A stretch of DNA of 54,593 bases, from assembly GCA_036676495.1 (NCBI GenBank), contig JAKFCT010000036.1, forward strand, positions 1 through 54,593. The letters run 5' to 3'. The DNA comes from Candidatus Sericytochromatia bacterium. GTDB lineage: Bacteria; Cyanobacteriota; Sericytochromatia; S15B-MN24; UBA4093. The first letter of the stretch is position 1; every line of letters starts with the position of its first letter. The position numbers and the translations under genes are program-made. Shown here piece after piece: positions 18,554 to 26,429 of this stretch. The notes below the pieces were generated by a model that was given only the letters and a program-made list of their open reading frames with translations, had not been told where the DNA came from and ran no database searches.

Positions 18554-19573
18554 TTAGAGTCCTCGTTTCAATCGCTCGCGAAGGCGTTCGATCAGCTCCT
18601 CGCGCTGGACGGCGTCTTGACGTTCGGATTCCTGCCGGGCGCGCTCCTCGCGGCGTTCCTCCCGGCGCTGTTCCGCTTGCTCGCGGCGCTCGTCGCGCTG
18701 GGTCCGGTCGATCATCCGATCCAGGCGTTCTCCGACTCCGCGCTCGAGCCGTTCTTCCATGCGAAGCTTCTGCTCAAGGCGCAGCTCGGCGGCAGCCCCA
18801 CGCGATTCGAGGCGCTCCTGGGCCATTTCGCGTCCGGGGCGATCGGCGCGTCGGGCGTCGCGATCCGCGTGCTGCGGGCCGCGCTCGTGGGATGAGCGGC
18901 CTGGTGCATCGTCGCGTTGCCGCAGCTGGCGTCCGCGTTCGACGCGATCCATGAAGCCGCGTCCTTCGTCGAGCGTGCCGGACGGCGCCCGCTCCATGCG
19001 CTGAAGGCGTCCTTCGCGGTCGGCCCGGACGGCGTAGCCCGCTCCGACCATTTCCCGGCGTGAGCCTTGGCGATCGACCACCTCGACCAGCCCTTCGACG
19101 ACGGCGACCTGAGAGGCGCCGTTGGCGTCGCTTTCCACCGTGAGGACCGTGCCGCGGATCAAGGCGACCGAAGAGGGGGTGCGTATCTCATGGGGGCGGC
19201 CGACGGCCTTTTGAAACTGGGACCAGATCTTGCCCAGCCAGAGCATGATGGCCTTCTCGTCCTCGACGGTCGCCTCGGAGAGCGGATACAACTCGAGCGT
19301 GGTGCCGTCGGGCCTCAAGACGGTGGCCTGGGAGCGGCCCAACGTGCGAAGGGTGTCGCCGGGATTCAGGGCGCTGCCCGCGACGGCGGGAGTCCAGGTG
19401 GCGTCCCCTTTCCGGCGAACCTCGACGGAGCCCTGGAACTCCAGGAGGCGCGCGATGGCCTCCTGCGCATGGACCGGCAGGGCGGGGCTCACCGTGACGA
19501 GCACCGCCAGAAGCACCATGAACCATGGCTTCCAGTTTGAGGGAGATCGTTTCGCTGCGCGCGTCATGGGCAT
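18554..19573 (-). CDS. Exported FecR-domain protein with a long Arg/Glu-rich tail
   Basis: Signal peptide (VHA-Q), GDTLRT, IRTPSSVALIRGT and VAVVEGLVEV; start codon uncertain. Confidence 0.75.
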   Translation of the reverse strand: MPMTRAAKRSPSNWKPWFMVLLAVLVTVSPALPVHAQEAIARLLEFQGSVEVRRKGDATWTPAVAGSALNPGDTLRTLGRSQATVLRPDGTTLELYPLSEATVEDEKAIMLWLGKIWSQFQKAVGRPHEIRTPSSVALIRGTVLTVESDANGASQVAVVEGLVEVVDRQGSRREMVGAGYAVRADREGRLQRMERAPSGTLDEGRGFMDRVERGRQLRQRDDAPGRSSHERGPQHADRDARRADRPGREMAQERLESRGAAAELRLEQKLRMEERLERGVGERLDRMIDRTQRDERREQAEQRREERREERARQESERQDAVQREELIERLRERLKRGL

Positions 19574-19723
19574 GGTGCACCCTCCTGGTCAGCGACCGCA
19601 TACCCCGTGAACACGCCCACCTAACTTCACGAGGCTCCGTCTCTACCTAACCACGAACACCGGGCCCTCGTCATCCGCCATTTGGCGCATCGCCGCATGA
19701 ATGGAACATGGTAAGCTGATGAC

Positions 19724-22330
19724 ATGGCATCCTATCGCCCGCGCATCCCGTCAGCCTCCACGTTCGCGGCCCTTCGCCGCCGCCTGGAGGCACTCATGCC
19801 GCCCGTCCGCATGCCCTTCCGATGGGTGGGCGCCGTTGTCGTCCTCCTCCTCGCGACCCTCTTCGGCACTCGCCCGCTGGCGTGGTCCCTGGGCTCGGGC
19901 GTGCTGGATCCCCTCGACGGAGTCCTCGATACCTGGATCATGGCCTGGGGGGCGAAGGCCCTCACCACCCATCCGTTGGCCTTCTTCGAGGCCCCCGCCT
20001 TCTACCCGGCCTCCAGCGCGCTCGCCTTCAGCGAGAACCTCCTGGGCAACCTCCCCCTCTTCGGTCCGCTCCTGGCCGTTTCGGGCGATCCCTTCTGGGC
20101 CTCCAACGCCTTCATGGTGCTTTCGGTCTTTCTCACGGCCCTGGCCACCTTCGGCCTGACCTACCACTGGACCCGGAGCCGGACGGCAGGCCTCGTGGCC
20201 GCCATCTTCTTCGCGCTCTCCCCGATTCGCCTCAGCCAGACGAGCCATTTACAGCTTTTCGGGATCTGGTGGAGCCCGCTCGCGCTCTGGATGGCCAGCC
20301 GCTTCCTCGAGCGTGGGCGATGGAGGGACGCGTTGCTCGCGGCCCTCTTCCTGGTCGCGCAGTTCGCCTCGTCCATGGCGCTCGGCACCTTCCTGCTCGT
20401 CCTCCTCGGCGCTTACTTCGCGATACACCTGCTGCTGGACCGCTCGCTCCGGCGGCGCGACCTGGCCCTGAAGGGGGGCGGCGCCGCGGCGCTCGCCGGC
20501 CTCGGGCTCCTGCCCCTCTGGCTCCCCTATTGGCGTCTCAACGAGGCCTGGGGTATGGCGCCTTCCCTGCGCGACGCCACTGCGTTTGGTGCTGACGTCC
20601 TCAGTTACCTCACCGCCTGGCCCGGCTCCGTCCTCTACGGGGGCTGGCTGCGGGTGGTGACGCCGCTTTACGCCCATGAGAAGCTGCTCTTTCCTGGGGT
20701 GATCGTGCTGCTGGGGGCATCGTTCGCCGTGGTCTGGGCCTGGAGGAACCGCGGGGAGCGCCTGAGCCGGGAAGCGCTGGCCGTGGCGGGAGCGGGGGCG
20801 ATCGCCGCCGTCCTGAGCCTCGGCCCGGTCCTTCAGGTGGCCGGCAAGATCACCTTCATCCCGCTCCCGTACGCGGCATTCTTCTATTCGCTGCCGGGCT
20901 TCGCGGCCATCCGGGTTCCGTCCCGCTTCGCCATGATGGTCGCCCTCGCGCTGGCCCTGCTCGCCGGCATCGGAGCCCTCCTGGCCGTCCGGCGCTGGGG
21001 AACGACCCCGCAGCGCCGCATGGCCGTCGTTGCGCTCGTCGTCGCCTTCGCCGTCGTCGATACCCTTTCGCATCCGCTTTCCATGCACCCCCAGCCCCGC
21101 CCCACCGAGCTCGACGCCTTTCTCGCCCGGCGCGCGGAAGGCCCCGTGATCACGCTCCCGATGCCCTCCTACCAGGACGAGGCGGACGGCGCGCTGGAGG
21201 TCTCCCGCATGATTGCGGGGCTGACCCATGGGCTCCCCATGGTGAACGGCACCTCCGGCTTCGTCCCCCGTAGTTACCTGGACCTGGCCCGTCAGCTCGA
21301 GCGCGGCCCCAGCCCCCAGGCTCTCGACGCGCTCGCGGCCATCGGCGTGAAGACCCTCGTCCTCCGCCTCGACCAGATGCCTCAAGCCCTGCGCGAGCGC
21401 TGGGCCCTCGAACGGGATCCCTCCGCCCTCGGCCTCGTCCCCCTCTGGTTCGACGAGGGCAAATCGGCGGTCTACCATCTCACGCGCACGCCGAAGCCCG
21501 CCGACCTCCTCTACGCCTCCTTGCTCGTTCCCGAACGCCTGCCTGCCGGCTGGCAGTTCACCATGGGCTTGGCCCTCGACGTTCCGGGAAAGACGGTCTG
21601 GACGGCCCCCCTGCCTCCGGAGCGCCAATCCCTGACGGTGCGCTGGGAGGGCCCCGCGCAGAGCTCGCAGGTGACCAAGCCCGTCTGGCTTCCGTTGACC
21701 CTGCATGGTCCCGAGAGCATCGGGATTCCCCTCCGGACGCCGGCGCGTCCCGGTCGCTACCAGGTCACCGTGGAAGGCGCCTCCCTGAAGGCGACCGCTT
21801 CGGTGGAGGTGACGAACTGGCAGGCGGCCGACACGCTCTCGGCTCCGCTGAACGCGCGCGTCTCCTGGGAGAAGCCGCGGCCTTCGGACAAGGTCGTGCC
21901 GGGAACCGTCTTGCCGCTGCGCTGGGAGGTCGTGAACCAGGGAGAGAACGTCTGGAGGACCCGGACGACCTGGCGGCAGCGCCTCGCCGCGCATCCGGAA
22001 TGGCTCTGGGAGCATCCGCGCCGCATCTTCGACCGCGGGACCGGGGAGGTGGTGTTGGAGGTCCGCTGGCGGAAACGCCGGACGGGCGCCGAGATCACCG
22101 AGGGACAGTCGCGCGTGCGCCGCTTCCCCTTGCGTCACGACGTCTTCCCCGGCCAGCGCTACGTCTTCGACGAATCCCTCTTCGTGCCATCGAAGCCCGG
22201 CGGCTACGTCGTCGAGCTCCGGCTCACCGACGCCTCCGGAACGCTCGACACCCCCGTCGAGCGCCGCGAGGTGCTCGTGCATGAGCTCGCCGGCTTGCGC
22301 GATTTCCTCAAGCGCTTCGAGGGCATGTAA
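19724..22330 (+). CDS. Polytopic membrane protein, YfhO/GT-C-like, with C-terminal Ig-like domains
   Basis: DP...TWIMAW, FYP...LAFSENLLG, more than 10 TM segments, IRVPSRF and MVNGTSGF, then beta-rich domains. Confidence 0.7.
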   Translation: MASYRPRIPSASTFAALRRRLEALMPPVRMPFRWVGAVVVLLLATLFGTRPLAWSLGSGVLDPLDGVLDTWIMAWGAKALTTHPLAFFEAPAFYPASSALAFSENLLGNLPLFGPLLAVSGDPFWASNAFMVLSVFLTALATFGLTYHWTRSRTAGLVAAIFFALSPIRLSQTSHLQLFGIWWSPLALWMASRFLERGRWRDALLAALFLVAQFASSMALGTFLLVLLGAYFAIHLLLDRSLRRRDLALKGGGAAALAGLGLLPLWLPYWRLNEAWGMAPSLRDATAFGADVLSYLTAWPGSVLYGGWLRVVTPLYAHEKLLFPGVIVLLGASFAVVWAWRNRGERLSREALAVAGAGAIAAVLSLGPVLQVAGKITFIPLPYAAFFYSLPGFAAIRVPSRFAMMVALALALLAGIGALLAVRRWGTTPQRRMAVVALVVAFAVVDTLSHPLSMHPQPRPTELDAFLARRAEGPVITLPMPSYQDEADGALEVSRMIAGLTHGLPMVNGTSGFVPRSYLDLARQLERGPSPQALDALAAIGVKTLVLRLDQMPQALRERWALERDPSALGLVPLWFDEGKSAVYHLTRTPKPADLLYASLLVPERLPAGWQFTMGLALDVPGKTVWTAPLPPERQSLTVRWEGPAQSSQVTKPVWLPLTLHGPESIGIPLRTPARPGRYQVTVEGASLKATASVEVTNWQAADTLSAPLNARVSWEKPRPSDKVVPGTVLPLRWEVVNQGENVWRTRTTWRQRLAAHPEWLWEHPRRIFDRGTGEVVLEVRWRKRRTGAEITEGQSRVRRFPLRHDVFPGQRYVFDESLFVPSKPGGYVVELRLTDASGTLDTPVERREVLVHELAGLRDFLKRFEGM

Positions 22331-22345
22331 GCCCGCGAGAACCGC

Positions 22346-23086
22346 TTAATCGTCCAGCGGCGGCGCTTCCTGGGCGCCCTCGCAGTAGCGGGCGTAATCG
22401 CAGTAATGGCAGTGGCGGTCCACCCGCGTCGCGAAGCGCTGATCCCCTTCGAGCTTCTGAATGGTCTCGTAGGCGCCTTCGAGCACGTCCTGCAGCGCGC
22501 CCTCCGTGAAGGGCAGCGAGACCCGGGCATTGCTCGTGAGGTAATGCACCGAGTGGCGCCGGGGAGTCTCCTCCAGGCGCGCTTGGATCAGGTGATGGTA
22601 GATGGCGAGCTGCTGGATGGTGGCCGCTCCGATCGTCTCCGGCATGCGCCCCGACTTGTAATCGATGATCTCCAGGCTCTGATCGGCATGGCGGTCCACC
22701 CGGTCGATGATCCCCAGCAGCATGACGTCCTTGTAGGGGGCGGACATGCGTTTCTCGAGGAGGATGGGCGTGCCTTCCTGTGCGCTCCAGTCGGCGTAGT
22801 ACTGGGCGAGGAGATCCTTGCCGCGGCTGAGGGCTTCCGCTTCCTGCTCGCGCGAGGCGTACCCGGCCCCGGTCCAGGAGGCTTCGAGCGTGTTCAGGCC
22901 GTCCTCGAGCTTCTGGGGACCGCCGGTCTCATGGATCTGCTGGAGCGTGCGGTGCAGGGAGATTCCGAAGCTTTGGTTGGCCCAGGCGCGGCGGGGGAGC
23001 TTGCGGACGTACTGGAACCAGTATTGCCGGGGGCAGGTCTGGTACGTGCCGAGGCGACTGGGGGAGTACTGGGGTTTGCGAGACAA
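22346..23086 (-). CDS. PD-(D/E)XK nuclease of the RecB/AddB/Cas4-like family with Fe-S cysteines
   Basis: SPSRL..YQTCP, G..LH, GIIDRVD, IIDYKSG, QLAIY and C-terminal CHYCDYARYC. Confidence 0.88.
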   Translation of the reverse strand: MSRKPQYSPSRLGTYQTCPRQYWFQYVRKLPRRAWANQSFGISLHRTLQQIHETGGPQKLEDGLNTLEASWTGAGYASREQEAEALSRGKDLLAQYYADWSAQEGTPILLEKRMSAPYKDVMLLGIIDRVDRHADQSLEIIDYKSGRMPETIGAATIQQLAIYHHLIQARLEETPRRHSVHYLTSNARVSLPFTEGALQDVLEGAYETIQKLEGDQRFATRVDRHCHYCDYARYCEGAQEAPPLDD

Positions 23087-23166
23087 GGAATTACCTCATT
23101 CCGGGGACGAGGGCGCACGCTCATGATACCGCACGCACCCTCAAGAGGCCCAGCGGACTCCCGCGC

Positions 23167-23200
23167 CAAGCCGCCCCCCGGATCATCCGGGGGGCGGCTT
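23167..23200 (-). terminator. Strong hairpin after the serine hydrolase
   Basis: caagccgccccccgga / tccggggggcggcttg perfect stem. Confidence 0.7.
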
Positions 23201-23206
23201 GCTCTG

Positions 23207-24985
23207 TTACGTGATCTTCCGGTAGCGGTAGCCGCCGCAAAGGAGCTCTTCGCCAGATTCTCCGCGCACGACCCGGATCGTCTGCCCCACTCCCAGCCCG
23301 TATCCGGCCACCTGGGCTTCCGTATCCGAGAAGACCTTCAAGCCGAAGGGGAAGGGCGGGACGCCGTCCATGGCGAACTGACCGCTGAAGACCAGGGTTT
23401 CGTTCTCGGTCTTGAGTTCGAGGAAGCGCAGCATCACGAAGTCGTCCCCGGCGTTCACGAGTTCGTACTTGCCCAGTCGTTCCTGCCAGGCCGGGGAGAT
23501 TGGAGCGGCCGGGAGCTTCTTGCCGAAGGCCGGCATGCCGGCATTGTACGTGACGAGCATCGGCTTTCCGTTCGCCTCGTAGAAGGAGAAGGCGACCTCG
23601 CGGAGCGGCTCGATGTCCAGCGGGATGAGGCCGAAGAGCCGGAAGCGCAGCCCGAAGGAATCCTCGGGTTTCGGCAGCAGGTCGAGGTGCTGGCCCATCA
23701 TGCTGATCTGGAATGGATCGCGCGTGGCGTCGACCGAGAGGATTCCCATGGAAGTTGCGTACGTGCCGGACATGGCCTCCTTCGTGGGGAGGGCGCGTGC
23801 GTTCGTTTGCGCGCGGGCCTCGGGGAGCGGGCCCTCATGGGCCTCGACGAGAAGCTTGAGGCCTTCCTCGGCGAGCTTCACCGAGGCCAGCGCCCCGTTC
23901 GTCGAGTTGGTGAGGATGGCGATGCCCAGTTTCGATTCCGGGGCGAGCAGCAGGTGGGCATGACTGTGGACGGTGGCTCCGCGCACGCCGGCGACGCGCC
24001 CCAGGGCGCCGAGCTTGGGGTAATGGAGCGAGAACGCCAGCCCCGCCCGGAAGTCGTGGTCAGCCGGGACGTCCAGGTTCTGGGGCGCGAGCATCTCGCG
24101 GACGCTCGATGCTGTCAGGACCGTTTGGCCCTCGATCCGCCCTTCGGCGAGTATGGCGCGGCCGAAGCGGGCCAGCTCATGGGAGCTGGCCGTGAGGCCG
24201 CCGGCCGGCACGTCCCGCAGCGTCGGATCGACGACGGGCTTCCCGTTCTGGTAGGTCCGGGTGAGGGCGTCGCTTTCGGGCGAGAAGCCGCTCTGGGTCA
24301 TGCCGATCGGCCTCAGGAGCGCGTTCTGGACGAAGGTTTCGTAGGGCTTGCCGCTGACCCGCTCGATGACCGCCCCGAGGACGTCATAGCCGAGGTTGGA
24401 GTAGAGGAACCCGCTGCCGGGCGGGAAGGCCAGCTGCTCGTCGCGCAGCATGGGCAGGACCGAGGTGAAGTGCGCGGGGCGAGGCGTCCACATGCCGGCG
24501 GCCATGTCCCCGGGGAGGCCCGAGTGGTGGGTCATGAGCTGCCGGAGGGTGATGGGGCCGGCCTCGGGGAAACGGCTGCGGATGTGGAACTCCGGCAGGT
24601 AGGTCGTGACCGGCGCATCGAGCTTGACCTTGCCTTGCTCGGCGAGCCGCATGATCGAGGCGGCGGTGAAGGCCTTGGTGAGCGAGCCGACCCGGAAAAG
24701 GGTCTGGGGGGTGACGGGACGCATGGCCTCCTTGTCGGCCATGCCGAAGCCTTGCTCCCAGAGGATCTGGGAGTCGTTGAAGACGGCGAGGCTCGCGCCT
24801 TCGATCTGGTGCTTCGAGAGTTCGGAGCGGACGAGCTTGCCGAGCTGTTGCTGGAGGCCGTCGAAGTCGCCCTGGCTGACGGCGTAGCGGGTGGCGGCGG
24901 GAGCGCAGCCGGGGAGGAGGGTGGCGATCGCCAGGCATGCGGCCACGGCAGAGCGGAGAGGCTGAGACACGGGGACTCCTTTCAT
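23207..24985 (-). CDS. Beta-lactamase/AmpC-family serine hydrolase lipoprotein
   Basis: LLPGC lipobox; FRVGSLTK (SxxK), LMTHHSG and YSN. Confidence 0.88.
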   Translation of the reverse strand: MKGVPVSQPLRSAVAACLAIATLLPGCAPAATRYAVSQGDFDGLQQQLGKLVRSELSKHQIEGASLAVFNDSQILWEQGFGMADKEAMRPVTPQTLFRVGSLTKAFTAASIMRLAEQGKVKLDAPVTTYLPEFHIRSRFPEAGPITLRQLMTHHSGLPGDMAAGMWTPRPAHFTSVLPMLRDEQLAFPPGSGFLYSNLGYDVLGAVIERVSGKPYETFVQNALLRPIGMTQSGFSPESDALTRTYQNGKPVVDPTLRDVPAGGLTASSHELARFGRAILAEGRIEGQTVLTASSVREMLAPQNLDVPADHDFRAGLAFSLHYPKLGALGRVAGVRGATVHSHAHLLLAPESKLGIAILTNSTNGALASVKLAEEGLKLLVEAHEGPLPEARAQTNARALPTKEAMSGTYATSMGILSVDATRDPFQISMMGQHLDLLPKPEDSFGLRFRLFGLIPLDIEPLREVAFSFYEANGKPMLVTYNAGMPAFGKKLPAAPISPAWQERLGKYELVNAGDDFVMLRFLELKTENETLVFSGQFAMDGVPPFPFGLKVFSDTEAQVAGYGLGVGQTIRVVRGESGEELLCGGYRYRKIT

Positions 24986-24994
24986 GGGCGGGGA

Positions 24995-26044
24995 TTAGCT
25001 CCCCGCCTTCACCGTTTCGCGCATAAACCGGATGAACGCCTCGGGCTCTTCGAAGTAGGGGCTGTGAGCGGACTTCTCGAAGATCACGAGCTGCTTCGAC
25101 GGGGCCTTGAGGTTGTGGTAGTAGCCCTCGATCAGGGGCAACGGGGTGTTGTAGTCATGCCGCCCGGCCACGAAGTAAACCGGCACCTTCAGCTCGGGAA
25201 CCTTCCGGGTGAGGTCGACTTTCATCGAGTCGGCCCACATCGCTCCGGTCGAGAACATGATCCCGTTGAGGAGGTTGAGCTTGTTGGAGAGCGAGTACTC
25301 GCCCGACCAGAGGACCGTCATGAAGAGGCTGTTCATGTTGTCCTGGCCGTAGAGGAAGCCGCCGGACTTGACCAGCCATTCCTTCTGGGCGACCAGCTTG
25401 TCCTCGGCCTTGGGACCGCTGAAGGGCGGGGGGCCGATCTCGTCGAGCTGCCGGATGGCGTCCTTGTTCCGGGTTCGTTTGGCCCAGTCGAGGATGAGGT
25501 TGTAGGACGTGCGCTCGCGAACTTCGCCATCGGTCCACTGCGCGACCCCCACGTAGTCATGAAACAGCTCGGGGTAGCGCTGGGCCAGCAGCGTGCCGGT
25601 GATGGTGCCCCAGGAATGGGCGACCAGGTGGACCTTCTCGACGCCGAAGCGCTGGCGCAGCTTCAGGACGAGCTCGTGGGCGTCCGCGACCATCTGGTCG
25701 TGGGTCATGGATTCCTTGGGGATCCGGGGGGAGTAGGATTTGCCCGCGCCGCGCTGGTCGTAGGTGACTACGACGAAGTCGTCTTCGAGGGGCTCGAAGT
25801 GCTTGCGGATCATCGGCATCTCGGCGTGGCCCGGTCCGCCGTGGATGAAGAGGACGACGGGGTTGGAGGCCTTCTTGCCGCGCATGAGGACCCATTGCTT
25901 CACGCCGCCGAGGGTCATCTCTTCGAGCGCGGTGATGCTTCCGGCGGGTGCCCCGCCGAACATGCCTCCATAGGACGTGGTATGGGCGCAGCCGCTGAGC
26001 ATGGCCATCATGGCGAGGATGGCGAGAGAGCGCTTGAGGGTCAT
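24995..26044 (-). CDS. Alpha/beta hydrolase (proline iminopeptidase-like) lipoprotein
   Basis: LSGC lipobox; HGGPG, YDQRGAGKS, HSWG nucleophile elbow, GRHD and SAH. Confidence 0.88.
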   Translation of the reverse strand: MTLKRSLAILAMMAMLSGCAHTTSYGGMFGGAPAGSITALEEMTLGGVKQWVLMRGKKASNPVVLFIHGGPGHAEMPMIRKHFEPLEDDFVVVTYDQRGAGKSYSPRIPKESMTHDQMVADAHELVLKLRQRFGVEKVHLVAHSWGTITGTLLAQRYPELFHDYVGVAQWTDGEVRERTSYNLILDWAKRTRNKDAIRQLDEIGPPPFSGPKAEDKLVAQKEWLVKSGGFLYGQDNMNSLFMTVLWSGEYSLSNKLNLLNGIMFSTGAMWADSMKVDLTRKVPELKVPVYFVAGRHDYNTPLPLIEGYYHNLKAPSKQLVIFEKSAHSPYFEEPEAFIRFMRETVKAGS

Positions 26045-26268
26045 CGGGGATCTCCTTCAAAGGGGTTATGGCGTCGCAGCGAGATCAGGACCAAGCCCAG
26101 GTCCCGGATGCGGGTCAGGAGGCCGTGTAAGGCGGCTTGATCGGGGAAGATTCCCTCTATCAGGGTCTCTCCGTCGTCTCCTGTGAGGGTGAGGCCGTCG
26201 AAGCGTTGGGACCAGTCCTCGCTCAACTGGGGTCGGACGCGAATGCGGTAGGTTGCAGGACCGTTCAT
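26041..26268 (-). CDS. Small conserved hypothetical protein (75 aa)
   Basis: YRIRV...W...FDGL...DQAALHGLL.RIRDLGL.LISL pattern, which I recall next to MalT-like regulators; GGGAG RBS; stop overlaps the next start. Confidence 0.7.
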   Translation of the reverse strand: MNGPATYRIRVRPQLSEDWSQRFDGLTLTGDDGETLIEGIFPDQAALHGLLTRIRDLGLVLISLRRHNPFEGDPR

Positions 26269-26429
26269 GGCAGCTCCCGGTGGGTGGGTGGGCGATGGGC
26301 CTACCGTACCAAGGGCGGGAGGTGGGGGGGATCCTACCAAGGTCGTATCTTGGGGTGGGAGGGTCGTAGTTAGGGGGCGCACGGGATCGGCGCGCCACGC
26401 TTAGCAGCGACCCGCGTTCAGCCGGTGAG

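Noticed and set aside
22346-23206. CRISPR-Cas locus around the Cas4-like gene
   Set aside because: No repeat-spacer array or other cas genes in the window
23207-24985. True beta-lactamase resistance gene
   Set aside because: Only family-level motifs, with an extra C-terminal domain and a divergent third motif; substrate unknown
22406-26140. 1244-aa plus-strand ORF
   Set aside because: Antisense shadow over three well-supported minus-strand genes
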